The notes: a model not told the origin generated them from the letters alone. Positions 23,554 through 37,465 are shown, counted from the stretch's first letter. The stretch is DNA of 64,000 nt from Phyllobates terribilis (GCF_046119375.1 NW_027362772.1:155558001-155622000); one strand, 5' to 3'. A program made the numbers and translations.

Positions 23554-26500
23554 TTATAAATTGTATCAATGTTATTTGCCTAGTTATGGAACTGGACACT
23601 ACGGTATTATATTGTTACCAGACTAGTTCTCTAAAGCAACATTATTTATTAACAGAAGACCATGTATCACTAAACCTTGTACCCGCTCCTTCCAACACAT
23701 CCAAGTCAGCAAGTAAAAAAAAACAAAAAAAAAACAGAAGTCCTGGCTTTTCCAGCAGCTCCACCGAAATCCTGCTCTCCCCATCTGACACTGTCTAATG
23801 TTACCCCTCCTACTCCCATCCAAGCCTCCTCCTTTCCTGGCCATCTCTAGCCCCAGCGAGCTGGCAGGGATCTCGAAGTCATCATCTGCAAGGCAAAGTC
23901 AGGGAGAGGGACTGCAGGCAGACACTCCTCTGGTAAGGCAACACTTTTACTCTATGCTTCCCCTTGTTTTGGTTGTGACCTCTAATTATAAAGTTTGTGG
24001 TCATTTCTGGTCTTCTCACCGAGACCCCATCCTCTCACAGAGTTCTCGTAAGGTCCTGGGCAATTTGGAGATAGCTGTGGAAATCATTAGGGGAGTAGAC
24101 AAAAGGGAGAAGTGGAAAACTGCACTGCAAGAAATAGTGTGTGGGGGCAGCGGACGGTCACATTCTGCACCTAAAAATGGCATATAGGGGGCTGCGCTCC
24201 GAAAAGTTTACTGCCAACCTATTCCAAAGTGCTGCACACCGAACATAGCTTTGTACAATCAACGGGTAAATTTGGGTGTCATATCAGCAGGTACACTATC
24301 AATCAAAGCAATGGAAGTTATAGCTGATTGTTTGTTTCTTTACTACCTAAAAGTTGTATATGGATTGTAATTCTATAGCTACATCCTTCATTCATCAAAG
24401 TCCTAGCACCATAGAGCAGAAAATTGCTTAAATATTCAGCCAACGGTAAGGGGAGAATTTGTCGTTTTGCATTACTTTTGCGATTGGTGTAAAAAAAAAA
24501 AAAAAAAAAGTTGCAAATTTTGGCAAACTCCATATTTGCAAACTCTTTCTTGTTTATTGCCACATGGAAGGGGGGAATGAGCAACATTAATTAGGAAAGG
24601 GTAAGACCGACCATCGGTATGGCAAATTGATCAAAACTTTGGATGGAAATTGGAGCAAGGATGTGCGAAATTTATTAAGAGGTGCGCCGCTCCTAATTGG
24701 CACATCTTAGTCCAACGCATATTGGATTAATACCGGCGTGTGAGATGAGGGACGTAATAAATCTTCATATAAAAGGAGTAATCCCATCTAGATGTGAAAA
24801 CTGGTTTGTCGGTAGAGCAGAACTTACGATATATTGTCTGTAGCTTCCATTGGGAGATACGGAAAAAAATATAGCAAAATAAAGCACTCGGATGAAAGTT
24901 TAATTATTGTATCGCGAAAAGTTAAGAAAAATTCCCAAAATATTTCAATATCCTATTCATACCTTACTCTGCAGAAGACTGGATACTATTTATGGCAGCC
25001 TGTCTGATCCAATGTCTATGGCATAGGCTATAGTAAAGGTGGCCATGCACACCTTCGCTTTCAGCCCCCTATGCGTATGCACGCTCTTCTCAGTTGAGCA
25101 TGCACATGTTCTAAATGGGGGGGGAGGGAGTAAGCGTCCACCATTCAAGTCTGTCAATGGCTTTTCTCCTGGGAGAAAGAAAAAAAAAGAATTGGGCAAA
25201 TAAATTCGGAGTACCCCACCTTTCTTTTCCCCATGAGGATTTCCTGACCTCTGGCTGATTCATAATTGGTTGTCATAGGCAAAACCATATTTTTTGCAGA
25301 AACCCCTGATGCTTCTTCTCGAAACCCCGCGCCTCGTGAAGTCAGCACAAGTGTCGCACATATGTGAGCTGCAATAAGTTTTATAACTTTTACAGCTCAG
25401 GAGAGTCTGCTCCATCCATCCAGAGTCTTATTGCCAGTGCTTGAGTGATGGGCAAAGAGATACCGATCCAGCTTTCAGTCCAAAAATTGTTAAAAAAATA
25501 CATAGCACACTAAAACACACTATGCGTGTGGATATGGGCAAAACATGCTAGGACATCGAACATGTTTCGAACGTGCACTGCGTTCTTTAGTATCGAGTGA
25601 TGACTGAAGAGTTAAGCTGTTTTCACCCACTGTAAAGTAGGTCTTTTCATGGCCCTGGGCTCTTGGCAGATATGGAGTGGGAATTTCATGTGCAGCAGTT
25701 GTCCAGTCTCGGAGTTAGCATTTTATTATGTCCGTGTACAGTAGTCAGACAAAGGACGGTATTCTCCTGAGCCCAAACAAGAAAAAAATAGTCTGTGCAG
25801 CAAAGACAAATTACATAAACAGGGTGTGGTGCTTCATTTTGCAAACATCTTCCAAGCAAACGAATAGAAGTAAAGTAAAAAATTCAGCCAATGTCACCAC
25901 CGAGATCCCCTGGAAGCAGAGTGATTACTTTCATGGGATGTTCTGATACTCCAGGGTCGACCTGTGCCCAATCAAGTGGCTAGAGGAGATTTTTTTTTTT
26001 TCTCGTGGGGTGCCAGAACTCAAAAATAAGGAGGTTTATGTAAATATTTGCATTTTTTAAAGTTACTTTTCATTATTGTTTTGACGTTTTTAAATTTTTC
26101 ATGCGGTTCATGAAATTTTTCACAAAGTCAAAAATAGTCTTTATTTTTGTCTTTTAGATTTTTTTTTCTTTTTTGCTCTAATAAAGGTTTACGTTCCACA
26201 AAATTTAAACCCAAAAATATTGCAGACAAGCAAAAATAATCACTCCTAGGTAGGGGGGACTGGAGTATGTTTGCGCAAAAAATATTTCGCAACATTTTTA
26301 AAAAGTCACATTTGATGAATCAGTCTGAAACATCTGGAAAAGCCACATTGACGTAAGAATCAGTAAATTAACGTTAAAAAAAAAAAGGTGCAAATTCTTG
26401 GATGAATTTGTTGCAAATCAAAAAGGAAAGTTATATTGGCCAAAAAATGATGAAAATTCAGTGCAGGATGGGGTTCAATAACTTTATATCACTTGTAGGA

Positions 26501-27060
26501 AAGCACATTGTAAGGTCCTGGATGATGTCGGTAATGTAAGCTGTACCAGTAACACTAGGTTACTGAGAGAGTTTAATGTGACTGGATTTTTGGTCCTGGT
26601 TTTGTGAGTAACCATACAGTACCTGGCAGGGAAAAGTCGATCCTATGATTCAGTACGAGGTTACAAGTCTATTAACAGCAGCTGGGTTAGCTCAGCAGTG
26701 TGGAGTGTGTTGAAACTGGAGAAAGTCAGAGCTGTTGGATAGTTTGCTCTGCAAGGAGAGGTGTGCTGGAGCCAAACATAGAGGTGTTTGTTTGGTGAAC
26801 ACATTTAACACAAATGTGAGCTGCTGCTGGAAATACCGGGTTGGTTAGGCCGCTGCATGTTTCATTCTACCTGAAGAATAAGACTGTTTATGTTACTCAT
26901 TGATACTGAAGGAAGGCTGTTTTCGTTTTGGAGCTGTAAAGTTTATGATGGACAGTAAACTACAAATTCATTAAGTATCCCATGCCTCTTAATGAATTTG
27001 GCACATCCTCCTCCAGCAAACCTTGGATCAGGACTGATGCACAACACAACAGTCTAGATA

Positions 27061-28709
27061 CAGTTATATGAAAAAGTTTGGGCATCCCTATTAATCTTAA
27101 GCTTAATGTTTTATAAAAATTGGTGTGTTTGCAACAGCTATTTCAGTTTGATATATGTAATAACTGTTGGACACAGTAATGTTTCTGCCTTGAAATGAGG
27201 TTTATTGTACTAACAGAAAATGTGCAATCTGCATTCAAACAAAATTTGACAGGTGCATAAGTATGGGCACCTCACCAGAAAAGTGACATTAATATTTAGT
27301 AGATCCTCCTTTTGCAAAAATAACAGCCTCTAGTTGCTTCCTGTAGCTTTTAATGATTTCCTGGATCCTGGATGAAGGTATTTTTGACCATTCCGCTTTA
27401 CAAAAAATTCCAGTTCAGTTAAGTTTGATGATCGCCGAGCATGGACAGCCCTCTTCAAATGATCCCACAGATGTTCAATGATATTCAGGTCTGGGGACTG
27501 GGATGGCCATTCCAGAACATTGTAATTGTTCCTCTGCATGAATGCCTGAGTAGATTTGGAGTGGTGTTTTGGATCATTGTCTTGCTGAAAGATCCATCCC
27601 CTGCGTAACTTCAACTTTGTCACTGATTCTTGAACATTATTGTCAAGAATCTGATGATACTGAGTGGAATCCATGCGTCCCTCAACTTTAACAAGATTCC
27701 CGGTGGCGGCATTAGCCACACAGCCCCAAAGCATGATGGAACCTCCACCAAATTTTACTGTGGGTAGCAAGTGTTTTTCTTGGAATGCTGTGTATTTTTG
27801 CCGCCATGCTTATCGTCTTTTTGTATGACCAAACAACTCAATCTTGGTTTCATCAGTCCACAGGACCTTCTTCCAAGAAGAAATTGGCTTCTCCAAATGT
27901 GCTTTTGCATATCTCAGCCGACTCTGTTTGTGGCGTGCTTGCAGAAACGGCTTCTTTCGCTTCACTCTCCCATACAGCTTCTCCTTGTGCAAAGTGCGTT
28001 GTATAGTTGACCGATGCACAGTGACACCATCTGCAGCAAGTTGATGCTGCAGCTCTCTGGAGGTGGTCTGACGATTGTCCTTGACTGATCTCAACATTCT
28101 TCTTCTCTGCCTTTCTGATGTTTTTCTTGGCCTGCCACTTCTGGTCTTAACAAGAACTGTCCCTGTGTTCTTCCATTTCCTTACTATGTTCCTCACAGTG
28201 GAAACTGACAGGTTAAATCGCTGAGACAGCTTTTAGTATCCTTCCCCTGAACAACTTTGTTGAATAATCTTTGTTTTCAGATCATTTGACAGTTGTTTTG
28301 AGGAGCCCATGATGCCACTCTTCAGAGGAGATTCAAACAGGAGAACAACTTGCAAGTGGCCACTTTAAGAAGCTTTTCTCATGATTGCATACACCTGGCT
28401 ATGAAGTTCAAAGCTCAGTGAGGTTACAAAACCCAAAAAAGTGCTTTAGTAAGTCAGTAAAAAGTAGGTAGGAGTATTTAAAACAAGAAAATGATAAGGG
28501 TGCCCATACTTATGCACCTGTCACATTTTGTTTGAATGCAGATTGCACATTTTCTGTAAGTACAATAAACCTCATTTCAAGGCAGAAACATTACTGTGTC
28601 CAACAGTTATTACATATATCAAACTGAAATAGCTGTTGCAAAAACACCAATTTTTATAAAACATTAAGCTTAAGATTAATAGGGGTGCCCAAACTTTTTC
28701 ATATGACTG
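27061..28709 (-). mobile_element. Near full-length Tc1-family transposon (IR/DR type)
   Basis: TA-cagttatatgaaaaagtttggg ... cccaaactttttcatatgactg-TA, ~210-bp inverted repeats, internal DD34E transposase. Confidence 0.95.
27289..28310 (-). pseudogene. Tc1 transposase pseudogene
   Basis: MGSSKQLSNDLK start. Motifs [39 protein letters not shown] and KGGSTKY*. In-frame TAA at 28235-28233 and 27812-27810, and a frameshift near 27405. Confidence 0.9.
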
Positions 28710-29559
28710 TAAATGGTCCCATTTGTGTTTTTTGTTGTCCATTTGCAAGATCTCTGATTTCTATCAGTGAATGAACAAACATTCTTGTTAACATCCAGAG
28801 ACTGCAAACCAATACAGTGAGGAAAGTATGGTGGGTGCCATGGTTCCGATCACACCCTGATGCCATTGGGATGGGGGGGGGGGTGAAAATGGTCTTTATG
28901 AGAAGACCAATCCCACTAAAGACCCTTGATAGATGGGCGCCCTATTGGAGATTTTGTATTGGGGCCCATGAACTTCAAGCTACACCACTGCCGACATTCT
29001 CCTAGTAGCAGACCACCAGGGAGTTCACAGATCATTGCCGACCCTAGCCCTGCAACATCTCGAGAGTTGAGAAATTACAACACTGAGAGGAACAATTTAT
29101 TGAGGCTGAAGGTTCATGTTCCATATTCCATTCCTAAACTAAAAACCGCTTTGGTAAAATGCTCCAAATTTAAAAGATACACACCTTGTCTGTCATTAAA
29201 GAAGTGGCCAGTCTTGTCTCTTATTTTATTCTCATTGTTCCCTTGAGTATGCCACTTTTTTTCTTTTTAAAATCCGCCATACGGTTCCAAAGATGTTGGA
29301 CTTTTTCTATAGGGTTAATTTTTATGGTCTAAGGGGGCAGGACTTGCAGGATCCTCTGGGGCGTGTCTTTAGGCTGCAATACCCCCTTGGTAAAGACCAT
29401 GAAAATTGAAAAATTTTTGAACTAAACAAAAAGTCCCATATCTCTGGAACCGTATGGCGGATTTTAAAAAGATAAAAAACGGAGTACTCAGGGGAGTAGT
29501 GGGAATAAAATAAGAGCAAAAATTGGCCACTTTCACCCGGTGACAATCCTCTTTGAGCC

Positions 29560-30830
29560 AAAAAGTAAAATCTCGGACCCGTTGTTTGTACCATTTTTGG
29601 TTTAAAATATCGTAAAATTGGCCGATTGGATTAAGTCCACCCAGTTTTTATTCCACTTTTCCAAGGTGGAGGTGGAAGGTCTAAAATGAAGTCGCTCATC
29701 AAATTTGGTGCAACCATCGGTCCTTGCTCTTGGAGTAACAGGGTTGAAGACAACTTTTTAGAATTTGCCCTTATCGTGCATCGGTCCTGTAGTACAAATT
29801 AGTCAATAATACTCGGTGAAATTGGTTTCAGATAGCCACAAATAAGACCAAAGATGAGAAAACAATTGCAAAATGTAAGTCCGGTGGAGAGAAAAAGGGC
29901 ACCGCTTGAAAACGACTCCAGGCAACGTAGTCTGAGGCATCCAATTAGACAGAGATCATGCGGAGAGGTCTTTTGACTTTATTTGAAAAGCTCCAAAGAA
30001 GTGCCACAGAGATACAGTACCCGCTGGCCAGAAGCAACCCTCCTCTATTCTGTCTGTATTGTAGCCAGGAAATAAAGGGATTTTTGCACAGAAGATAACT
30101 TCTCCCGTCTCGTTTCATGTCCCCCCCCCCTTCGGAAGCATGTGAACATCCAGGAACCCTAGACTCTGGGTTGCGAGAAAAAAGTAGATTTTATTAGGAA
30201 AGACCTTTCTTTTCGCACCTCCTCAGCTGCTTTGGATTTCAAGAGAAGTGGCAAAGAGTTTCTATTCTCCATTTATTTCTCTGCCTGTCTGCTCTGAGCC
30301 CAAGAAAGATGGAGCCAAAGGCCTATTATAGTCATAAAAGGTGGAGTCCAAGTGGATTTTTCGGTATTTCTGCACAGCTGCGAATGTAGGACAACCGAGT
30401 CCATTGGGATGACGGATTAAGTGCCGGATGGAAAAAAATTAACTAGAGAAAAGTTAAAAAGCAAACGGTGACAAAGAACAGTTACCATCATGAAGAGGAA
30501 AATATGAAAAAGCTACTGGAAAACAAGAGAGGAAAAAACACGTACACGATTGGTACAGATGTCCGAAAAGTGTCTTTCGAGGTTTTCAGCTGTGGATCCA
30601 AACTAGAAAGTTGCTTCCATCTTTTTGCTTTGGCTCAAGAAAATGGGGCAGCGTGAAGAAATCTTGAGCTTTCTCCTTGTGTCCGTAATGGGGTCAGCCC
30701 TTTTTATGGATGGTTCGGACAGGAGATATAGGGAAGAACATCTTCATTCTTTGCCACCGAGATGACTACTAATTTATTGGGCTGAAGTAGAAGGCATCTA
30801 TGATAGGATCTGATGATCTGCTGATTATTG
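29560..30830 (-). mobile_element. Degraded L1-like LINE 3' region
   Basis: Broken minus-strand peptides (ISSRCPIFL, FFSIRHLI, DRWLHQI, ERLH...TLEKWNKNW) resemble the vertebrate L1 ORF2 C-terminus; many stops. Confidence 0.4.
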
Positions 30831-31049
30831 CTGATTTTACTGTGGCCCACTGTATATAGAGGTTTCATAATTTTCCCCATATTGATAATTTGTGGGGACC
30901 TTATATTATTATCCCCCCCCCCCCAAAAAAAAAGTCCATTGACTTCCCATCCCCCCCTTTATAACATGCTCATAGAGGTCCAGAGAGTAGTTTGTTGGGA
31001 CTTTTAGTCAACTCTCCTGGAGTATCCGGTAGGCTCCTAGATAAAGGTG

Positions 31050-31240
31050 AGACCTCACGGTCAGCGGGAAGCGTTGACAAGTTTCTTGCGCGTAGTGCTG
31101 GTAAAAGAGAGAGCAGTGCGGTGGATCCCGGGTGGCGGGTGCTGCCGCTGGCAAAGGCGGAAAGTATAAAAAACTTCGAATGTATTGCAACGCTTTTCAG
31201 TTTTATTGCAACCTACTCCTTCCTCAGGCATCAGCACTGT
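31050..31240 (-). mobile_element. Penelope-like terminal repeat fragment
   Basis: Minus strand cctgaggaaggag...actgaaaagcgttgcaata..., the same motif class as at 16.3 kb. Confidence 0.45.
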
Positions 31241-32730
31241 GTTTTATGGTTCCACTCCGAAACGAGTTTCAGTAAATTGGAAGCTTTTTTTTATAGTTTC
31301 TGCCTGGATTTAGCAGACATTAGAGGGGTTGTCCGTTTTTTTTTTTACTTAGTTGGAGCTAAAAATAAATTTTCAAAAAGGTTTTCATAAATGTTTTGCA
31401 CTGTTTGCCTTCTACAGCCTATGTGTTGCACTGTCTATTGCTGGCTGCAGAAGGAGTTAACTGAGGATCAGTCAGTGAGCTCATTCGGACAACATTTCTA
31501 ACTCTTATCTGTCCTTTTCTGAGCTCCCGTCAGCTGATTTATGACCACAGACCACATCAAAGTTAAATGTGCAGGAAAACAAAGAGAATTTCAAAGTCAA
31601 AGGGGGCTAGATTTGTAAAGAAACCCAATTGCAAAAATATTTTTTTAGCCCCAATATTTGGGTAAAAAAAAAAAAAAAAAAAAGTCCCCAAAGGTGGCCA
31701 ACTAAGCTTAGTTTGTGACCAAGAAAGTTATGTTTAAGCGTGTCTCCTGGTCGACTATCTATTTCTGCATTTAGTTTTGCAGGGTAAAAACTGCTGACAT
31801 TTTCTCTCTACAGGTAGGTTCACACATGGCATTTTTGCACAATTTTTTTTTTTCAATGCATTTTTTTTGTTCAGTCAAAAAATGCTGTGTTTTACAGTTT
31901 GAGCAAACTAAATGAGTCATATATATAAAAAAAAATCTCATTCACGTGCTACATTTTATTTTTATTGTTTGTTTTTTTTTAAATCCGCAGCATGCCAATT
32001 CTTTCTGCGGTTTTGCAGTATTTTTCACTCATTCGAATGCATGGGAAAAAGGTTGCAAAAACACATGAAAAATGCACCAAAAACACGTGCGTTGTAGAAA
32101 AATCAACAGCAAAAATGCTACATGTGAATGTACCCTAAAGTTGTCAGTTTCTAATTTTGTCCAAATTGTTTTAATTCAATGTCAAAAGAACCACCGTCTC
32201 TGTGCTCCATCTTAAAGACCCGCATCTTGTAAAGTATAATGCGTGTTCAGAACACGTTATTCACCCGGTAGCGCGTTCTGCGCCATAAATATTACTAGTC
32301 TGGGATTGTGCGCTGGTACATGCCAGGGAGGGTCTGCTGTATCCTCATGTGCTGTGATCTATACATAGCATGCTATGTACTATGCAGCATTTATTGCCCC
32401 TCTCACCTTACACCACAACCATGAGCACATGAATAGAACGAAGACTGGTAGTAATGGAGGACCAGAAGTGATAATGTCTTTTAGGAGTAGGTAAACTTTT
32501 ATTTATTACAACTTTGTCCAGCATAAAAAGTTATGAAACTTTTCAAATCACTTTTAGAGGATTTGTCTTCATTCCTGTAAAAAATCCATACAAGTGGCTT
32601 CCAATCCCAACTTTTCCCCACCTTCAGCTGCACTGATATCAGAACGTCCTCGTTTGGAGTACAGATCATGGCACTGATGGGACAGCACCATTCCAAAACA
32701 GTCTCCTGCAGCAGCTTCTCCCCAGATTAA

Positions 32731-33174
32731 GAGCTCATGCAAACGTCCATGTATCTGGGTCCGATCATGCACCAAAATACCTGGACTGGCCGCTGGTCTC
32801 CCGTCCGCGTTCTGTTCTGGACACTTGCGGCCCGTCCGCGTTCTGTTCTGGGCACTTGCGGCCCGTCCGCGTTCTGGTCTGGGCACTTGCGGCCCGTCCG
32901 CGTTCTGGTCTGGGCACTTGCGGCCCGTCCGCGTTCTGGTCTGGGCACATGCGGCCCGTCCGCGTTCTGGTCTGGGCACTTGCGGCCCGTCCGCGTTCTG
33001 GTCTGGGCACTTGCGGCCTGTCCGCGTTCTGGTCTGGGCACTTGCGGCCCGTCCGCGCTCTGGTCTGGGCACTGGCGGCCCGTCCACGCTCTCTGGTCTG
33101 GGCACTCGCGGCCCGTCCGCGCTCTGGTCTGGGCACTTGATTGGACCGAGATCCACGGACGTCTGCATGAGGCC
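32731..33174. mobile_element. Harbinger-like MITE containing a 31-bp minisatellite
   Basis: TAA/TTA flanks; ~35-bp TIR (ctcatgcaaacgtccatgtatctgggtccgatca vs its reverse complement at 33138-33172). Internal unit cacttgcggcccgtccgcgttctggtctggg, ~10-11 copies. Confidence 0.8.
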
Positions 33175-36100
33175 TTAGTGAGACGTAGGTGCTGACACTT
33201 TCACTGCCATCATCTATACTCCAAAGTAGTACGTTCTGATAGGAAGATTGGAAACCACTTACATGCATTTTTTTTCCACATATATGAAGACAAATCCCCT
33301 ATTAAAAGGGATTTACAAAGTTTTATAACTTTCCGTGTTGGACAAAATTATTTGATAAAAAAATGAAAGTTTAGTTACTTTTTAAATAATTCTTTAAAAG
33401 TCAAATCCAATTTATAGTGTGTGTTTTTAATTCTTCAGTGCATCTATAATGAATCAACTTTGCAAGAAGTTTTGATGTAAAATAATCCTACTTTTTTTGT
33501 GACTGTTGCTTTTATACAGAATTATGAGTCTCCGTGGTTACAGACTACAAACAAACCATGTGTAGTCGGATTTTGCAGTCATATCTTATTCTTTATCCTT
33601 GTGCCTGGATCATGCAGAATGGTGTATATTTGCAAAAGCTTTAAAACCGCAGGTTGGGGGTGACTGGAACATACAATGCATTTGCGTTGTAATGCTTGCG
33701 ACCCCGTACTCGGTTCTTTGCCATTTAGGAGCTTGTCAAAGCTGAATGACACCCCATAAACGAGTTGTGATACCAGTTATTTGTGTCATCACCAATTTCC
33801 CTTGAAACAATAAAAGAACTTTTATCGCTAAGTTTGGAAGGACATTGCTCATACGATGCACTGGAGGAATTTATAGGTCTTTTTTTTGCACAGAATTCCC
33901 CTTTCCTCTCAGATTCATATGTGTAACACAGATTTCTGTGGTCACAATGTCGGCTGCATGGTGGTGGCTTTCTAACAGAACAGTAGAGGATTGCGGTAGT
34001 ATTTGGCCCCATTCCATCGTTGCTAAAAGATCCCACCCAGGGGACATCACACAAACTGGAGAAGTGTCAGAGCGAGAAATAATCTCTCAAACAGAACAGT
34101 TAAAACCAATTATATCTATACTTTTTCAGAAGTTTCCATGATCGTCTGCCAGCGTGCCCTGCTCCCTTTAACTCTCCTCATCCCTTGCTATAGAGAAATA
34201 TAAGCAAACTGCATAAAAAGCTGTTTCTAAGGGCTGATGGAAAACAGCTGCATGTTCCTCCTAGGATAAGCCTAATCTGACCGAGTTTCGCACTTACCGC
34301 TTCATCAAGGGATCTCCCTTCTCCCCTTCTACATACACTAACCCTGGAGTTACAGAAAACAGAATTGGCACAACAGAGGCACCGTGCGCTTGGTGGTTGC
34401 AAATCAAACAAAGAGGCACAATGCACTTTGGTTGCAAAACATATAAGTGGCACAGTAAGAGTTAATAGTTGCAGAACTCTGTTCTATGTTCAATATTAAA
34501 AGGGGTTTTTGGTTTAAGAAAACCCCTCTCAGTTGGTTTTAGTTTGTTTTAAAAAACCAAAATGGTGCCTTACTCACCCTCGCTGGGTCCAGAACAAAGT
34601 CTCCACCTCTGCTCCCAGTTTCTGTTATTGGCCACAATGCTACAGACAATCAGTGAACTCAGCAACTCTGCCCAAGTTGACTGCACGAGCCGCTACAGGG
34701 ACCGGGAACAGTGGCGGAAATTTAGTGCTGGACCCAGGAAGGGTGAGAAAACAAGTTCTTTAGGAAAAAAAGCTGGGGAGCATTTTCTGAAATCAGAAAA
34801 ACCCTTTGATAAAGGTGTGCTCTTCTTCTGTCTTCTGGAGCACACTTCTCCTCTTCCTCCCGGCTTCCTGCTTGCAGGGGGCGGCACGCTCCTGAAGACT
34901 GACAGTTCAGACTAGCAGCATGGTCGTGCCACTAGTCTGAATTGTGCTCTCTCCCATGCTGCTAGTAAAGGCAGTTTTGCCAGATTCAGAGCAGCACTTG
35001 CTATATATGCACGCATCTTGCCTTGGAAACTGGGAACTCTGCGGTGGTCGGTAACTAAGCAATGAGCAGTAAACTCTAAAATTAGAAATCGCTACATTTT
35101 TAAAAATGAAGAGGTTTTTTAATAAGGAGTAAATTGCAAAGTTGCTTGTTCTTACAAGCACTTTTACATTTTTACTCTTAATCTAACCTTACAAAGAGTT
35201 GTGGACCATGCACTGCTCCATGAGTCCACTGACAGTCAAGTTGTGCCCAAAGTGGCTGACAGCTTCTGCCTTCTGTGAGTCTCTGGGAAGTTACCCCCTG
35301 CTGCAGCCTGCGTTTCCCCAAAGGTCACACCAGCCACGTTCATAGATCTGTATAGCCCTTCTGTGGGTCTTCTTGAACACTAATCAATTAGCTTTAGAAC
35401 TCTCTCCAAACCTCCTGCAATCATTCAACTGACTCATTGGCCAACAATTTGTGCACTAAAATTGCAGTCCCAGACTAGTCCTAGCTAGCAAGGGGTAAGC
35501 GCTCATTAAAAAAAAACATGGTTGCTTTGCATGAGAAACAGCACCACACCTGACTATAGGTTGTGTGTGGTATTGCAGCTCAGCTCAATACCACTTTGAT
35601 GAGGCTGAGCTGCAATACCAGACACATCCCATGCTTAGAGGTGGCGCTGTTTCTGATACAAAGAAGCCATGTTTTTCTATTGCTGGACAAATCAGTTAAA
35701 GGGAACAGGGATTCATGCTGACTTAACCATGGGCAACATGAATCAGAACCTGGCCGTATGGTTTCAGAAAAAAAGCCCATCAGGGACTAGAGAGAGCGAT
35801 GAGACTAGTCGGGGGTGGACACCTTCCCGCCTCTCCCCACACAGCTCCAGTTGATTGACAGGTCTGTCCCTTTGTACACAATGGGCTAACGTGCACATAC
35901 GGTGTGGACGGATCAATGTAAGGATCTTTACACATCGACATTCCGTGGGTTCCACTTTAGGAAAAGACCAGTGGAATTAGTGATCCGCTGCATCAGTTAT
36001 GCAAACCGGAGTAGAAGGGTCCCATTGCTTATGGGGTCCACCTGGAGTCTGTTTTTTTAAAACTGAAGAAAAAGTTCTGCATGCTCCAAATGGACCCTAT

Positions 36101-36854
36101 AATAATCAACTGGGTTTCTTTTTTGCATAACTAATCATAAAGCAGAACAAAAAAAAAAACAGAATATCCAATATTACATACACTACATACATACAAAATA
36201 CAATAATCCCTAATAAATATACATTGTAAAAAGCCGATTCAGCATCCATACAATGCAAGTATATATCCTGAACAGAGAGGTGGAGGTGCCGTTCAGGCCC
36301 GTAGGAAAGCTGGGTGACAAATCCTGAAAAAGATGGTGGGTGGTGGTGGTGGTGGAGGGGGACTTTGGGTCAGTGAAGGGTTAAATTTGGCCGATCTCTG
36401 AAAAAGGTTTCTAAACGAATTTGCAATTATGATTGATGTTATGCACACGCCCGGGCTAAGCGGCGTGTGCGTGTGATTGGTAGTGATTCCACTGGACCGT
36501 GCCGGAGAGTGAATGCCTGGAGGGGCGTAACTAGGTATTCACCCGATCCGACCAGGGTCGCACGACGGCATACGACGCCAGTGCACCAAGGAGGAACCGA
36601 GCAGAGGGACCAGGTGCTACTCCAGGACAGACCCCGGACACGGCTGTTGACCCACACAGGGGAATACAGGAACAGACTGGTAGGCTGGCACACAGACTGG
36701 TGGGTATAGGCAGGCACGACTGGTATGCAGGCAGGGGGGTACAGGCAAGCACAGCTAGAGTGCAGACAGGGAGGCACTAGCAGGTAGGAACACAGGCGGG
36801 ATAGGGCCCAGTACACACTGGGACTCAGGAACATTACAGGCAGAGGGGTACAGG

Positions 36855-37167
36855 CAGGGCAGGACAGGACTGCCGGAGCAGCGGGCAGAAGCAGGGCAGG
36901 ACAGGACTGCCGGAGCAGCGGGCAGAAGCAGGGCAGGACAGGACTGCCGGAGCAGCGGGCAGAAGCAGGGCAGGACAGGACTGCCGGAGCAGCGGGCAGA
37001 AGCAGGGCAGGACAGGACTGCCGGAGCAGCGGGCAGAAGCAGGGCAGGACAGGACTGCCGGAGCAGCGGGCAGAAGCAGGGCAGGACAGGACTGCCGGAG
37101 CAGCGGGCAGAAGCAGGGCAGGACAGGACTGCCGGAGCAGCGGGCAGAAGCAGGGCAGGACAGGACT
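36855..37167 (+). repeat. 37-bp tandem array inside the LTR, ~8 copies
   Basis: Unit cagggcaggacaggactgccggagcagcgggcagaag. Confidence 0.95.
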
Positions 37168-37465
37168 CTGTACACACGGAACAGACAGGAAGGGAAAGAC
37201 AGAGCCAGACACCCACAGGGTACTTGCAGTGAAGTAGCGAGTGGACCACAAACTCACAAACGGGAGTACAGAGACAACAGGCAGGAGTTAGGTACAAGTT
37301 CAGACTCTGCAGAAAAAGGAAGGGAACGGACATAGGGGAAAAACAGGTAAAGGATAGGAGAGAGTTCAGACTGGAACTGAGTGTACGGAGGGGACCGACA
37401 CTGCAGCGGGATACAGGAGCGGGTCTGGGAATACTGCCCCCAGAGAGGCAGGACGAACAGGCAAG

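Noticed and set aside
32569-33268. Overlapping 100-199-aa ORFs
   Set aside because: Artefacts of a stop-poor 31-bp minisatellite.
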